Shown here: positions 30,412-43,809 of the stretch, piece after piece
How positions within the stretch are numbered: position 1 is the stretch's first letter
Layout: every line of letters starts with the position of its first letter
Assembly (NCBI GenBank): GCA_035299125.1
Contig: DATGXA010000350.1
Span: 1 to 58,798, forward strand
Source: Opitutaceae bacterium
Lineage (GTDB): Bacteria > Verrucomicrobiota > Verrucomicrobiia > Opitutales > Opitutaceae
Length of the DNA: 58,798 bases
Reading direction: 5' to 3'
Notes under the pieces: model-generated
Told to the model about the DNA's origin: nothing
Databases searched by the model: none
What the model saw: the letters and a program-made list of their open reading frames with translations, nothing else
Program-made: the position numbers and the translations under genes

Positions 30412-30987
30412 TCACGTGCGCTGCTTGTCCTTGAAGAAAAGGATCAGCGCGAGGAACCCGCCGAGCGCACCGAAGCCGGCGAAAAGGATGACCTGAACCG
30501 GAATCATGATCAGGTTCGCAGCTCCCTGCATTGCCATCTGCTGAGAAAACTGCGGCGGCAAATTCTCCGCCAGCGAAGCCATCATCTTCGCCATCACGCC
30601 CGCAAAGAGGATACCGATCAACCAACCGAGGATACCGGCGATCAGCCCCGCTCCGGCGCCAGCGAGCGTGCCAAAGAGCGCCGCCTCACCGTTGGTCACG
30701 CGATCGTTCGGGTTCTCCTTGAAATACATCATCAGCGCCAGCGCGATGCCCGCCATGTTGAGCAGGCAGAAAAAGAGGTTCAGGCAGCTCAACAGCGGGA
30801 TGCTCGAGAGTACGCCGCCGAAGACGGCGCCGAGCACGATGTGTTTTTTGAAACGGCCCAGACCGGCGGGCGGAGCGGAGGGCGACGGAACAGGGGAGGA
30901 GAAGGCTTCGTTCACGGGTACCTTTACGTGCGAGGGTTGATGCAGAGGGGGACGGCGCGATCCTCTCGCGCGGGCAAACCGAGTCAA
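30412..30987 (-). CDS. Hypothetical membrane protein
   Basis: Proline-rich N-terminus followed by about 4 hydrophobic/Gly-rich helices. I recognise no family. The start is uncertain. Confidence 0.55.
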   Translation of the reverse strand: MTRFARARGSRRPPLHQPSHVKVPVNEAFSSPVPSPSAPPAGLGRFKKHIVLGAVFGGVLSSIPLLSCLNLFFCLLNMAGIALALMMYFKENPNDRVTNGEAALFGTLAGAGAGLIAGILGWLIGILFAGVMAKMMASLAENLPPQFSQQMAMQGAANLIMIPVQVILFAGFGALGGFLALILFFKDKQRT

Positions 30988-31027
30988 ACGGCATTCGGCC
31001 GGCCCGCTCGTGCGCTTCGTATCCGCA

Positions 31028-32251
31028 TCACACCCATGCGATCCATGCCACGCCCAGGAGCAGCGTGAGGATCGCGACCGGCATGCCCGCCTTCAGGTAT
31101 TCCACGAAGCCGAGGTGCACACCGCGCCGCCGCGCGGTCTCGGCGACGATCAGATTCGCCACGGAGCCGAGCAGCGTCAGGTTACCCGCGAGCGTCGTCG
31201 CCATCGCGAGCGTGAGCCACGCTTGGTGCGGCTCGGTGAGTCCGGGTACGACGGGCCGGAAGAGCATCACCGCGGGCACGTTCGAGACGACGTTGCTGAG
31301 AATCAGCGAAACGATCGTGAGCGGCCCCGGCCCTGCGTCAGCATACGGCCGTAACAAAGCGAAGAGCCGTGCGCCGAGTCCGCTGTGCTCGATCGCGCCC
31401 GTCACGACGAACAACCCGCAGAAGAACACCAGCAACGCCCAGTCGATCTCTTGAAACACCTTCTCCGACTCGAGCCGTCGCGTGATCAGCAACAGCGCAG
31501 CAGCAGCAGCAGCGGCGACCGGTACCGGCGCACCGGCGACGAGCGCGACCAGCATGAGCCCTGTGGCGAGCATCGATTTTCGGAGCAACGGCCGGTAGTG
31601 CTGCGGCGGAAGCTCGAGCTGCTCCGCGAAGCGCTCCGCACGGAATTCGCGCCGATAGACCAGCACCACCACCGCCCAATCGACAACCAAGCCGAGCAGT
31701 GCGATCGGGCCCAGCGCCCGGGTGAAGTCGACGAAGCCGATCCCGGAGGAAATGCCGACGAGCATGTTTTGCGGGTTGCCGGTGATCGTCGCCACCGAAC
31801 CGATGTTCGCGGCGGTCACGAGGCCGACGAGGTAGGGCAGGGGATTGCGCTTCAACGAAGCCGTGAGGTCGAGTACCAGCGGCGTGAACACGAGCACGAT
31901 CGTGTCGTTCAGGAAGATCGCCGAAAGCGCGCCCGAGACGAAGACGATCAACGCCAACAGACGACGAGGCGTGCGCGCGAAGCGGATGACGTGCGAGTTG
32001 ACCAGGTGGAAGAAGCCCGCGATCCGCAGGTTCACGTTCAACACCATCATCCCGAAAAGCAGCAGGATCGTGTTCCAGTCGACAGCGCGGTACGCGGCTT
32101 CGAGCGGCATGAGTCCGCAAGCGACGAAAAGCACCGCGCCCACCAGCGCGATCGTCGCGCGGTTCATCTTCAGCGCGGGGTACCGCCCGATGGCGACACC
32201 CACGAGCGTGACGGTCGCGAGCGCTGCGACGGCGATCTGGTTCCAGTTCAT
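31028..32251 (-). CDS. ArsB/NhaD-superfamily anion permease
   Basis: Start set at ATG 32251 (MNWNQIAVAALATV...). Polytopic protein with 'SVATITGNPQNMLVG' and 'LAGNLTLLGSVANLIV'. The track extension to 32560 is junk. Confidence 0.85.
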   Translation of the reverse strand: MNWNQIAVAALATVTLVGVAIGRYPALKMNRATIALVGAVLFVACGLMPLEAAYRAVDWNTILLLFGMMVLNVNLRIAGFFHLVNSHVIRFARTPRRLLALIVFVSGALSAIFLNDTIVLVFTPLVLDLTASLKRNPLPYLVGLVTAANIGSVATITGNPQNMLVGISSGIGFVDFTRALGPIALLGLVVDWAVVVLVYRREFRAERFAEQLELPPQHYRPLLRKSMLATGLMLVALVAGAPVPVAAAAAAALLLITRRLESEKVFQEIDWALLVFFCGLFVVTGAIEHSGLGARLFALLRPYADAGPGPLTIVSLILSNVVSNVPAVMLFRPVVPGLTEPHQAWLTLAMATTLAGNLTLLGSVANLIVAETARRRGVHLGFVEYLKAGMPVAILTLLLGVAWIAWV

Positions 32252-32465
32252 TCCGGCCCGAAACTGCGACCGCCCAGAGCGCCGTGCAAACCGGCAATGC
32301 CGCGCGGGAAGCGTGGTCGGCCGAGAAAAACGCTGGCTCCGCTCGACCGAGCACGGGAATCGGGCGCGTCGCGGGCTTATGCCGGAAAACGACCGAAGGC
32401 CGACACCATCACGGCGCCGACACGCCGTCCGGCCTTCGGCTCGAAACCCCACGCGGAGATCCGCC

Positions 32466-33596
32466 ATGAGCTCGATACCCACCATCGCTCCGAAACGCGT
32501 TCGCCTCACCGCCATTTTCCGCCACCTGCTGTGCGCCACGTTGATCGCCACCGGCCCCACGCTGCTCCGCGGATCCGTCGGCGCGGACGAACCCGCCAGT
32601 CCCCCCGCCGCTCCGACCTATAGCCTGCCCGACGACCCGCGCGAGATGCTGCAGCTCACGCCCGAGATGCTCGCGTTCTTCGATGCCCGTGTGCACCGTC
32701 ACGCATCCCTGGAGACACGCCTCGACGAGATCTCCGACGCGATCCTCGGTGAACGCGGACTGCACTTCCGCTACGTGGCCGACGGCGTGTGGGATGTGCG
32801 CGAGACGTTCCGCCGGCGCGCCGGAAACTGCGTCGCCTATTCGATGCTGATCGTCGCCGTCGCCCGCGCGTATGGCATCCCGGCGAAGTTCAACGAGGTG
32901 CAAATCGATCCTCGCTGGAGCCGACTCGGCTCGATCGTGCTCGAGAGCCGGCACCTCAACGTCCGCGTCGAGAGCGGCGACGGCGGTTACGAACTCGACC
33001 TGATCATGCCGGACGACCTGCGCACATCCCGGCGGTCTTCGACAGTCGTGAGCGACGAACGCGCCTGGGCCAGCGCCTACACCAACGCCGGAGTGTACCG
33101 CCTCGCCGCCGGCGATCGCAGGGGGGCGTTCACACTGCTCGAACGCGCCGTGGCGATCGATCCCACCTTCGGCGGCGCCTGGACCAACCTCGGTTGCGCA
33201 CATCTGCTTTCCGGCGAGCGGGAGCTCGCCAGCCTCTGCTTCAAACGCGCGCTCGCCAACGACCCGCGGACGATGTCGGCGCTGAGTGGCTTGGCGCGCC
33301 TCGAACGCCGCGCTGGCCGCATTGCCGAAGCCGAGCGCCTCGAGCGCCGCGTTCGGAACTACCGCGAGCGCAATCCGTATTACCTTCTCGCCGTCGCCCG
33401 CGACGAACTCGAGAGCGGCCGTCCCGAAGCCGCCCGCCGTTACCTCGCCCGCGCGATCTGGTTGAAGCGCGACGAGCCCGAATTCTACGAGACGATGATC
33501 GAGGTCTCGCGTCAGCTCGGCGCGGAACGCGAGGCGAACCGCTGGGCCCGCCGGCTGAACGACGCGCGCGACGCCATCGCCGCGGTCGCGCGCTGA
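32466..33596 (+). CDS. Secreted transglutaminase-like (Cys/His/Asp) + TPR protein, paralog 1
   Basis: Start set at ATG 32466 with a signal/TM segment. 'RRRAGNCVAYSMLIVAVARAYGIPAKFN...SRHLNVRVESGDGGYELDL', then TPR-like 'AYTNAGVYRLAAGDRRGAFTLLERAVAIDPTFGGAWTNLGCAHLLSGE...'. Confidence 0.75.
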   Translation: MSSIPTIAPKRVRLTAIFRHLLCATLIATGPTLLRGSVGADEPASPPAAPTYSLPDDPREMLQLTPEMLAFFDARVHRHASLETRLDEISDAILGERGLHFRYVADGVWDVRETFRRRAGNCVAYSMLIVAVARAYGIPAKFNEVQIDPRWSRLGSIVLESRHLNVRVESGDGGYELDLIMPDDLRTSRRSSTVVSDERAWASAYTNAGVYRLAAGDRRGAFTLLERAVAIDPTFGGAWTNLGCAHLLSGERELASLCFKRALANDPRTMSALSGLARLERRAGRIAEAERLERRVRNYRERNPYYLLAVARDELESGRPEAARRYLARAIWLKRDEPEFYETMIEVSRQLGAEREANRWARRLNDARDAIAAVAR

Positions 33597-33664
33597 GACC
33601 TCCCCGCGCCGAGGTTTGCCGCCTGCGGTCCCGTGCGGCACATTGTCGCCGGAAACACCCCTCC

Positions 33665-34798
33665 ATGTCGCGTCCCATTGCGCTTCCCCGCCACGGACTC
33701 CTCGTTTGTCGCGCCGTGCTGATCGTCGTCTCGTGCGTGCTGGCGGCCACGTGGGTGCGGGCAGACGAGCGGGCGCAGCCGGCCGCGCCCGCCGAAGTGC
33801 CCGCCGACTGGCGCGACCTGTTGCGGCTCGACGACGATGTGCGCCGATTCTTCGCGTCACGCGTGCCCCGCAACACCTCCGAGGCGGAGCGCGTCGATGC
33901 GATTGTCGCCGCGATCCTGGATCCGGGTGAACTCGGCTTCACCTACCGCGAGGACGGCACGTTCGCCGCGCGCGAGACATTCCGCCGGCGGCAGGGTAAC
34001 TGCGTGGCGTTTTCGATCCTCGTCGTGGCGGTGGCCCGTGAATACGGGCTCGTCGCGCGGTTCAACGAGGTCCGCACCGAGCCGCACTGGGACCGCGTGG
34101 GCCAGGTGGTCGCGGAGTTCCGGCACCTCAACGTCGTCGTGCGCACGGAGACCGGCAACGTGATGCTCGACCTCCTGCCGACGCCCGGTGCCGGCGGCGC
34201 GCTCACGGTGGCGCGGCCGGTGAGCGACGCCCACGCGTTCGCGATGTTCTACAGCAACATCGGCGTGCAGCGGCTCGGCGCGGGCGACCCCGCCGGGGCG
34301 CAGCCGCTCCTGGAACTGGCGACGCGCATCGCGCCGGGCTACGCCGTCGGCTGGGTGAACCTCGGCAGCTTGCATTCGCTCCGTGGCGACACCGCGGCCG
34401 CGCGTGAGTGCTACGAACGAGCGCTGCGCGAGGAGCCGCGCGAGTTGAAGGCGATCGCGAGCCTCGTCCCGCTCTACCGCGCGGCTGGCGAGCCCGCGCG
34501 CGCGGAAGCGCTCGAGCGCAGGACCGAGCGTTATCGCGAACGCAATCCGTACTATCTGGCGTCGCTCGCGCGGCGCGAATTGGCGGCGGGCGAGGTCGCG
34601 GCGGCGGAGAAACGGCTGCGCCGCGCGCTCGCGCTCAAGAACGACGAACCGGAGTTTCTCGAGCTCGCCGTGGCCGCGGCCCGCCGGCTCGGTCACGAGC
34701 GCGACGCGGCAACGTGGTCGGCGCGGCTGGAGCAGCTGCGGGCGGAAGCACGCGCGCCCGCACCGCCTCAGGCCGGTTCGGCGCCGGTCGGGCCGTAG
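33665..34798 (+). CDS. Secreted transglutaminase-like (Cys/His/Asp) + TPR protein, paralog 2
   Basis: Start set at ATG 33665. It is collinear with paralog 1: 'RRRQGNCVAFSILVVAVAREYGLVARFN...FRHLNVVVRTETGNVMLDL', 'RNPYYLASLARRELAAGE' and 'KNDEPEF'. Confidence 0.75.
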   Translation: MSRPIALPRHGLLVCRAVLIVVSCVLAATWVRADERAQPAAPAEVPADWRDLLRLDDDVRRFFASRVPRNTSEAERVDAIVAAILDPGELGFTYREDGTFAARETFRRRQGNCVAFSILVVAVAREYGLVARFNEVRTEPHWDRVGQVVAEFRHLNVVVRTETGNVMLDLLPTPGAGGALTVARPVSDAHAFAMFYSNIGVQRLGAGDPAGAQPLLELATRIAPGYAVGWVNLGSLHSLRGDTAAARECYERALREEPRELKAIASLVPLYRAAGEPARAEALERRTERYRERNPYYLASLARRELAAGEVAAAEKRLRRALALKNDEPEFLELAVAAARRLGHERDAATWSARLEQLRAEARAPAPPQAGSAPVGP

Positions 34799-35793
34799 TA
34801 TTCACGAACCCACTCGACGAGCTGGCGCAGGCCCTCCTCGAGCGGCGTCTTCGGCGCGTAGCCTACGGCGGCCTGGATGCGCGAGAGATCGGCGCAGGTT
34901 TCCGGCATCTCGGTGGGCTGGGGCGGGAGCAGCTCGACCTTGGCCTTCTTGCCGAGGAGCGACTCGAGCATCTGCACGAAGAGCAGCATCTCGACCGGGC
35001 GGTTGTTGCCGATGTTGAAGACATCGTACGGCGCGGCGGGCGGCTTCGCCTCGGCTCCCGGTTCGACCGCGGGCGCCGGCGGGCGAGGGGAGTGCGTGAG
35101 CTTCAGGACGCCGGAGACGATGTCGTCGACGAACGTGAAGTCGCGGCGGTATTTGCCGTAGTTCCAGAGCTTGATCGTCTCGCCGGCGAGGATGGCGCGG
35201 GCGAACATGATCGGGCTCATGTCGGGCCGGCCCCACGGGCCGTAGACGGTGAAGAACCGCAGGCCGGTGCAGCGCAGGCCATGCACGTGGGCGTAGCTGT
35301 ACGCCATGTGCTCGTTGGCGCGCTTGGTGGCGGCGTAGAAGGAGAGTGGCTCGCTCACGGCATCCTCGCGGAAGGGCGTGGGTACGCCGGCGCCGTAGAC
35401 GCTCGACGAGGAGGCGAACACGAGGTGCTTCGGCGGGTGGCGGCGCGCGGCCTCGAGAATGTTGCCGAAACCGACGAGGTTGCTGTGCACGTAGGCCTCG
35501 GGATGGGTGAGGCTGTAGCGCACGCCGGCTTGGGCGCCGAGGTGGATGATGTAGTCGGGCTTGAAGCTGGCGACGAGCGAGTGCAACGCAGGCGCGTCGG
35601 CGAAATCGGTTTGGACGAAACGGAAGCCCTCGCGGCCCTCGAGCCGGGCGAGGCGGGCGCGCTTGAGGGCGACCGAGTAGTAGTCGTTGACGTTGTCGAT
35701 GCCGAGCACCTCGGGTTGACCGGGCGAGGCGAGTAGGCGGTGGCAGACGTGCGAGCCGACAAACCCGGCCGCGCCGGTCACGAGTAGCTTCAT
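34768..35793 (-). CDS. NAD-dependent nucleotide-sugar epimerase (UDP-glucuronate 4-epimerase-like SDR)
   Basis: 'MKLLVTGAAGFVGSH' Rossmann motif, 'YAATKRANE' (YxxxK) and 'RFFTVYGPWGRPDM'. Confidence 0.9.
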   Translation of the reverse strand: MKLLVTGAAGFVGSHVCHRLLASPGQPEVLGIDNVNDYYSVALKRARLARLEGREGFRFVQTDFADAPALHSLVASFKPDYIIHLGAQAGVRYSLTHPEAYVHSNLVGFGNILEAARRHPPKHLVFASSSSVYGAGVPTPFREDAVSEPLSFYAATKRANEHMAYSYAHVHGLRCTGLRFFTVYGPWGRPDMSPIMFARAILAGETIKLWNYGKYRRDFTFVDDIVSGVLKLTHSPRPPAPAVEPGAEAKPPAAPYDVFNIGNNRPVEMLLFVQMLESLLGKKAKVELLPPQPTEMPETCADLSRIQAAVGYAPKTPLEEGLRQLVEWVREYYGPTGAEPA

Positions 35794-35956
35794 GTCGGCG
35801 GGTTTAGGCGATGCGGTGCGGGCCGGCTAGAAAATTTGCCGTGGCCGCGCGCGGACGGAACGGTTGCGCTTGGAAAACTATGTGTAAGGTTCCGCTTGAA
35901 GGCGTCGCCGCCGCCGCCTTTCCCTACTCGAACCGAACCCCCACACACCGCCTGGT

Positions 35957-36295
35957 ATGAACATCAAAGCCTATCTGAAGCCGCACTGCGGCTGGAGCAA
36001 TGGCGTCCGCGCGATCCTGCGGAAATACGATCTTCCTTTCGAGGACTGCGACATCTTCAACAACCCCGATCTCTACGCCGAGATGGTGCGCCGGTCCGGC
36101 CAGCCGCTCTCGCCCTGTGTGGAGATCGATGGCGTGATGCTCGCGGACGTGAGCGGCGAGGAGGTCGAGAACTACCTTTTGGCGAACAATCTCGTGCAGC
36201 CGAACTCCACAGCGCCCGAGGCGCCGATCTCGAGCGGTTGCTCACATGACGAAGAGCAGGCGCGGCTCGCAAGCGAGCCGATCCGCTTCTTCTGA
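35957..36295 (+). CDS. Glutaredoxin-like small protein (CxxS variant)
   Basis: 'IKAYLKPHCGWSNGVRAILRKYDLPFEDCDI...SPCVEIDGVMLADVSGEEVENYL' has a thioredoxin-fold pattern with CGWS in place of CPYC. Confidence 0.65.
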   Translation: MNIKAYLKPHCGWSNGVRAILRKYDLPFEDCDIFNNPDLYAEMVRRSGQPLSPCVEIDGVMLADVSGEEVENYLLANNLVQPNSTAPEAPISSGCSHDEEQARLASEPIRFF

Positions 36296-36299
36296 GCCG

Positions 36300-36318
36300 C
36301 GGCCCCGCGTCGGGGCCG
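36300..36318 (+). terminator. GC hairpin just after the glutaredoxin-like gene
   Basis: CGGCCCCG-cgt-CGGGGCCG, 5 nt after the TGA. No U-tract. Confidence 0.35.
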
Positions 36319-36392
36319 AGACGACAGACCTCCGTGTCGCCTTCAGGCCGTTCCCACGGCACTGGAAAAAGCACGGCTGCGCGCCGTTCACG

Positions 36393-36420
36393 AAAAAACG
36401 CGGCCTACCGCGTATTTTTT
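36393..36420 (+). terminator. Intrinsic-terminator-like hairpin with flanking A/U tracts in the gltB leader
   Basis: AAAAAA-CGCGG-ccta-CCGCG-ta-TTTTTT, 65 nt upstream of the gltB ATG at 36485. Confidence 0.45.
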
Positions 36421-36484
36421 GGTGACTATTTTCCTCTGCGCCTCCCAAAGTCACCCTCCGTCCCTCTCGACCACACTTCACGGA

Positions 36485-41107
<4,623 letters not shown>

Positions 41108-41164
41108 GGCGCTTCGCGCATCTCAAATCCGAAATTTCAAATCGCAGATCCCGCCTCCTCTCCC

Positions 41165-42649
41165 ATGGGCAAGCCAACCGGATTCATCGAGTATCTCCGC
41201 GAAATTCCCGTCGACCGTCCGCCGCTCGAGCGCGTGCGCGACTGGAAGGAATTTCACCTCCACATGGAGGAGAAGAAACTCCGCAACCAAGGCGCGCGCT
41301 GCATGGATTGCGGCATCCCGTTCTGCCATACCGGCAAGCTCATCAGCGGCATGGCCTCGGGTTGCCCCGTCCACAACCTGATCCCCGAGTGGAACGACCT
41401 CGTCTTCCGCGGCCAGTGGCAGGAAGCGCTCCGCCGCCTCCACCGCACGAACAACTTCCCGGAGTTCACCGGCCGCGTCTGCCCGGCTCCCTGCGAAGGC
41501 TCCTGCACGCTCGGCATCATCAGCCCGCCCGTCACGATCAAGAACATCGAGTGCGCGATCATCGACAAGGGCTGGGATGAAGGCTGGGTCCTCCCCGAGG
41601 CGCCGAAAACCCGCACCGGCAAGAAAGTCGCCGTCGTCGGTTCCGGCCCGTCCGGTCTCGCCGCCGCCGCCCAGCTCAACAAGGTCGGCCACACCGTCAC
41701 CGTCTTCGAACGCGCCGACCGCCCCGGCGGCCTCCTCATGTACGGCATCCCGAACATGAAGCTCGACAAGCAGGAGGTCGTCCTCCGCCGCGTCCAGCTG
41801 CTTGAGCAGGAAGGCGTGAAGTTCATCTGCAACGCCACCGTCGGCGACAACGTCGAGGCCGAGGCCCTCCTCAAGGAGTTCGACGCCGTCGTGCTCTGCA
41901 CCGGCGCCACCCAGCCGCGCGATCTCCCCGTCGAAGGCCGCGCCCTCAAGGGCGTGCACTTCGCGATGGAGTACCTCACCGCCAACACCAAGGCCGTGCT
42001 CGGCGGCGACGGCTCCAAGTCCGCCATCTCCGCCGCGGGCAAGGATGTCATCATCATCGGCGGCGGCGACACCGGCACCGACTGCGTCGGTTCCTCCATC
42101 CGCCAAGGCTGCAAGACCGTCCGCCAGATCGAGATCCTCCCGAAGCCGCCGCTCGAGCGCCAGCCCGATAACCCTTGGCCCGAGTGGCCGAAGACCCTCA
42201 AGGTCGACTACGGCCAGGAGGAAGCCGCCGCCAAATTCGGCGCCGATCCGCGCACGTACCTCACGACCGTGAAGAAGTTCGTCGGCGACGAGGCGGGCAA
42301 CGTGAAGGAAGTCCACACCGTCGAGGTGAAGTGGACCAAGAACGACAAGGGCCAGTTCATCCCGCAGGAGCAGGCCGGCACCGAGAAGGTCCTGCCCGCG
42401 CAGCTCGTCTTCCTCGCCATGGGCTTCCTCGGGCCGGAGCAAGCGCTCCTCAAGGACCTCAAGCTCGAGACCGACCCGCGCTCCAACATCAAGGCCGAGT
42501 ACGGCAAGTTCGGCACCAGCGTGAAGGGTGTCTTCGCCGCCGGCGACTGCCGCCGCGGCCAGAGCCTCGTCGTCTGGGCCATCAACGAGGGCCGCGCCGT
42601 CGCTCGCGAGTGCGACCGCTACCTCATGGGCTCGTCCGACCTGCCCTGA
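41165..42649 (+). CDS. gltD: Glutamate synthase small subunit (NADPH)
   Basis: '[12 protein letters not shown]', 'CPAPCEGSC', '[14 protein letters not shown]' and '[18 protein letters not shown]'. Confidence 0.95.
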   Translation: MGKPTGFIEYLREIPVDRPPLERVRDWKEFHLHMEEKKLRNQGARCMDCGIPFCHTGKLISGMASGCPVHNLIPEWNDLVFRGQWQEALRRLHRTNNFPEFTGRVCPAPCEGSCTLGIISPPVTIKNIECAIIDKGWDEGWVLPEAPKTRTGKKVAVVGSGPSGLAAAAQLNKVGHTVTVFERADRPGGLLMYGIPNMKLDKQEVVLRRVQLLEQEGVKFICNATVGDNVEAEALLKEFDAVVLCTGATQPRDLPVEGRALKGVHFAMEYLTANTKAVLGGDGSKSAISAAGKDVIIIGGGDTGTDCVGSSIRQGCKTVRQIEILPKPPLERQPDNPWPEWPKTLKVDYGQEEAAAKFGADPRTYLTTVKKFVGDEAGNVKEVHTVEVKWTKNDKGQFIPQEQAGTEKVLPAQLVFLAMGFLGPEQALLKDLKLETDPRSNIKAEYGKFGTSVKGVFAAGDCRRGQSLVVWAINEGRAVARECDRYLMGSSDLP

Positions 42650-42697
42650 AGCAGCCCGGGCCTCGCGCCCGACAGTCTCTGGTTTCGTTTTCCAACG

Positions 42698-42733
42698 ACG
42701 GCCGCGGCTCCCACCGCGGCCGTTCTGTTTCTC
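42698..42733 (+). terminator. Intrinsic terminator after gltD
   Basis: ACGGCCGCGG-ctccca-CCGCGGCCGT (10-bp stem) followed by TCTGTTTCTC. Confidence 0.7.
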
Positions 42734-42824
42734 GCCCTCGGGTTGTCCATCGATCCAGCAAAATTCGCCGTCGGACAAAATTCCGAAACTTTTTCACGCC
42801 CTCCGAGTTATCGTTGGCGTGAAA

Positions 42825-43571
42825 ATGCTCCGCGCTCTCCGCGTCGTCGTCCTCCTCCTGATCGGCCTCCCCGTCGCCCTCGGTGAAGTCGCTCCCGCCG
42901 CGCTCTCCCACCTGCTGCGCGCCCGCGCCGAACTCGGCGATTCACACTGGTCCGCGATCCTCCGCCTCGCCGGCAACGACCCCGCCCGGCCCGCCGACAC
43001 CGCCCTCGTCTTCGAGTTCGCCAACGCCCTCTGGTTCTATCGTCCGCTCGACGGCACGCAGAGCCTCTCCCGCCACTGGAACAACGTCGCCGCCGAGCGT
43101 CGCGATCTCCTCCCGCTCCTCCAGCGCATCGACGCCGACTACACCAGCTTCAGCGAATACGACCCCGTCGCGCTCGCGGCCGGCGCCCCCAGCACCGGCG
43201 AACTCCCCAACGGCTGCTTCATCCAGAGCGTCGCCGAAGCCCGCCGCCTCGAGCGCGAAGCCGCCATCACCGACGGCTGCCTGCTCTCGTACTACGCCGA
43301 CACCGCCGAGGGCCTGCGCGGCCACACCGTATTGGTCTATCATGACGCCAACGGCTCGCATGTCTTCGATCCCGCCGAGGGTCGCACCACCGACACCCCG
43401 AAGACTTCGCTCTACGACGAGGCGCTCAACCTCGCCCGCCGCATCACACCCTTCGCGCTCGCCACCCGGCTCACCAAGGCCGCAAAGATCACGCTCTTCA
43501 AACGCGACGGCGACACCGCACCGCACAAGGCCTCCGCGCGCTCAAGCAACCGTCGCCCGGTGCTCCGCTGA
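42825..43571 (+). CDS. Secreted hypothetical protein with a possible Cys/His/Asp (transglutaminase/papain-like) triad
   Basis: Start set at ATG 42825 (MLRALRVVVLLLIGLPVALGE is a signal peptide). 'PNGCFIQSVAEARRL...GHTVLVYHDANGSHVFDP'. I recognise no family with confidence. Confidence 0.6.
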   Translation: MLRALRVVVLLLIGLPVALGEVAPAALSHLLRARAELGDSHWSAILRLAGNDPARPADTALVFEFANALWFYRPLDGTQSLSRHWNNVAAERRDLLPLLQRIDADYTSFSEYDPVALAAGAPSTGELPNGCFIQSVAEARRLEREAAITDGCLLSYYADTAEGLRGHTVLVYHDANGSHVFDPAEGRTTDTPKTSLYDEALNLARRITPFALATRLTKAAKITLFKRDGDTAPHKASARSSNRRPVLR

Positions 43572-43677
43572 ACACCGTCCTCCAGCTGCCCGCTGCGCCG
43601 TAACGGTTGATTCGAGCGCGACGGGCGCCGCAAATCCGAGCCGGGCCCGCGCCTCGGTGTTCGTCACGCGTCCGAAC

Positions 43678-43692
43678 TGGCACCTCTTTCGC
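43678..43692 (+). promoter_or_regulatory. Candidate sigma-54 (-24/-12) promoter upstream of the giant repeat gene
   Basis: TGGCACCTCTTTCGC, that is TGGCAC-N5-TcGC with the exact GG-N10-GC spacing. It lies about 118 nt upstream of the ATG at 43810. Confidence 0.35.
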
Positions 43693-43809
43693 GCCCGTTC
43701 CTCACGGTGTATCCGCCGTTCGTCGCGGCGGCGTTGCGCCGCCATTGCGTGCGACCTGAAACTTCGCGTATAGATTTCGTGTCTCGCTCACTCCGGGTCG
43801 CGCGCTCCT

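Noticed and set aside
31845-34798. N-terminal extensions of track ORFs 31845..33596 and 32789..34798 (583 and 669 aa)
   Set aside because: The extensions overlap the convergent permease gene or the preceding paralog and are Arg/Pro-rich. Internal ATGs at 32466 and 33665 are followed by signal-peptide-like segments and give two collinear paralogs.
36357-36373. Sigma-54-like element cGGCACtggaaaaaGCA upstream of gltB
   Set aside because: The GG-to-GC spacing is 11 nt instead of the invariant 10 and there is no TTGC -12 box, so it is probably fortuitous.
41108-41164. gltB-gltD intergenic 'TCAAATCCGAAATTTCAAATCGCAGATC' as another repeat-family member
   Set aside because: It has a similar A/T-rich flavour but no extended match or clear palindrome relative to the AGTTGG elements. 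The evidence is insufficient.
41123-42778. 551-aa minus-strand ORF
   Set aside because: It is antisense to gltD and has G/A/E/D/L/R-rich composition.
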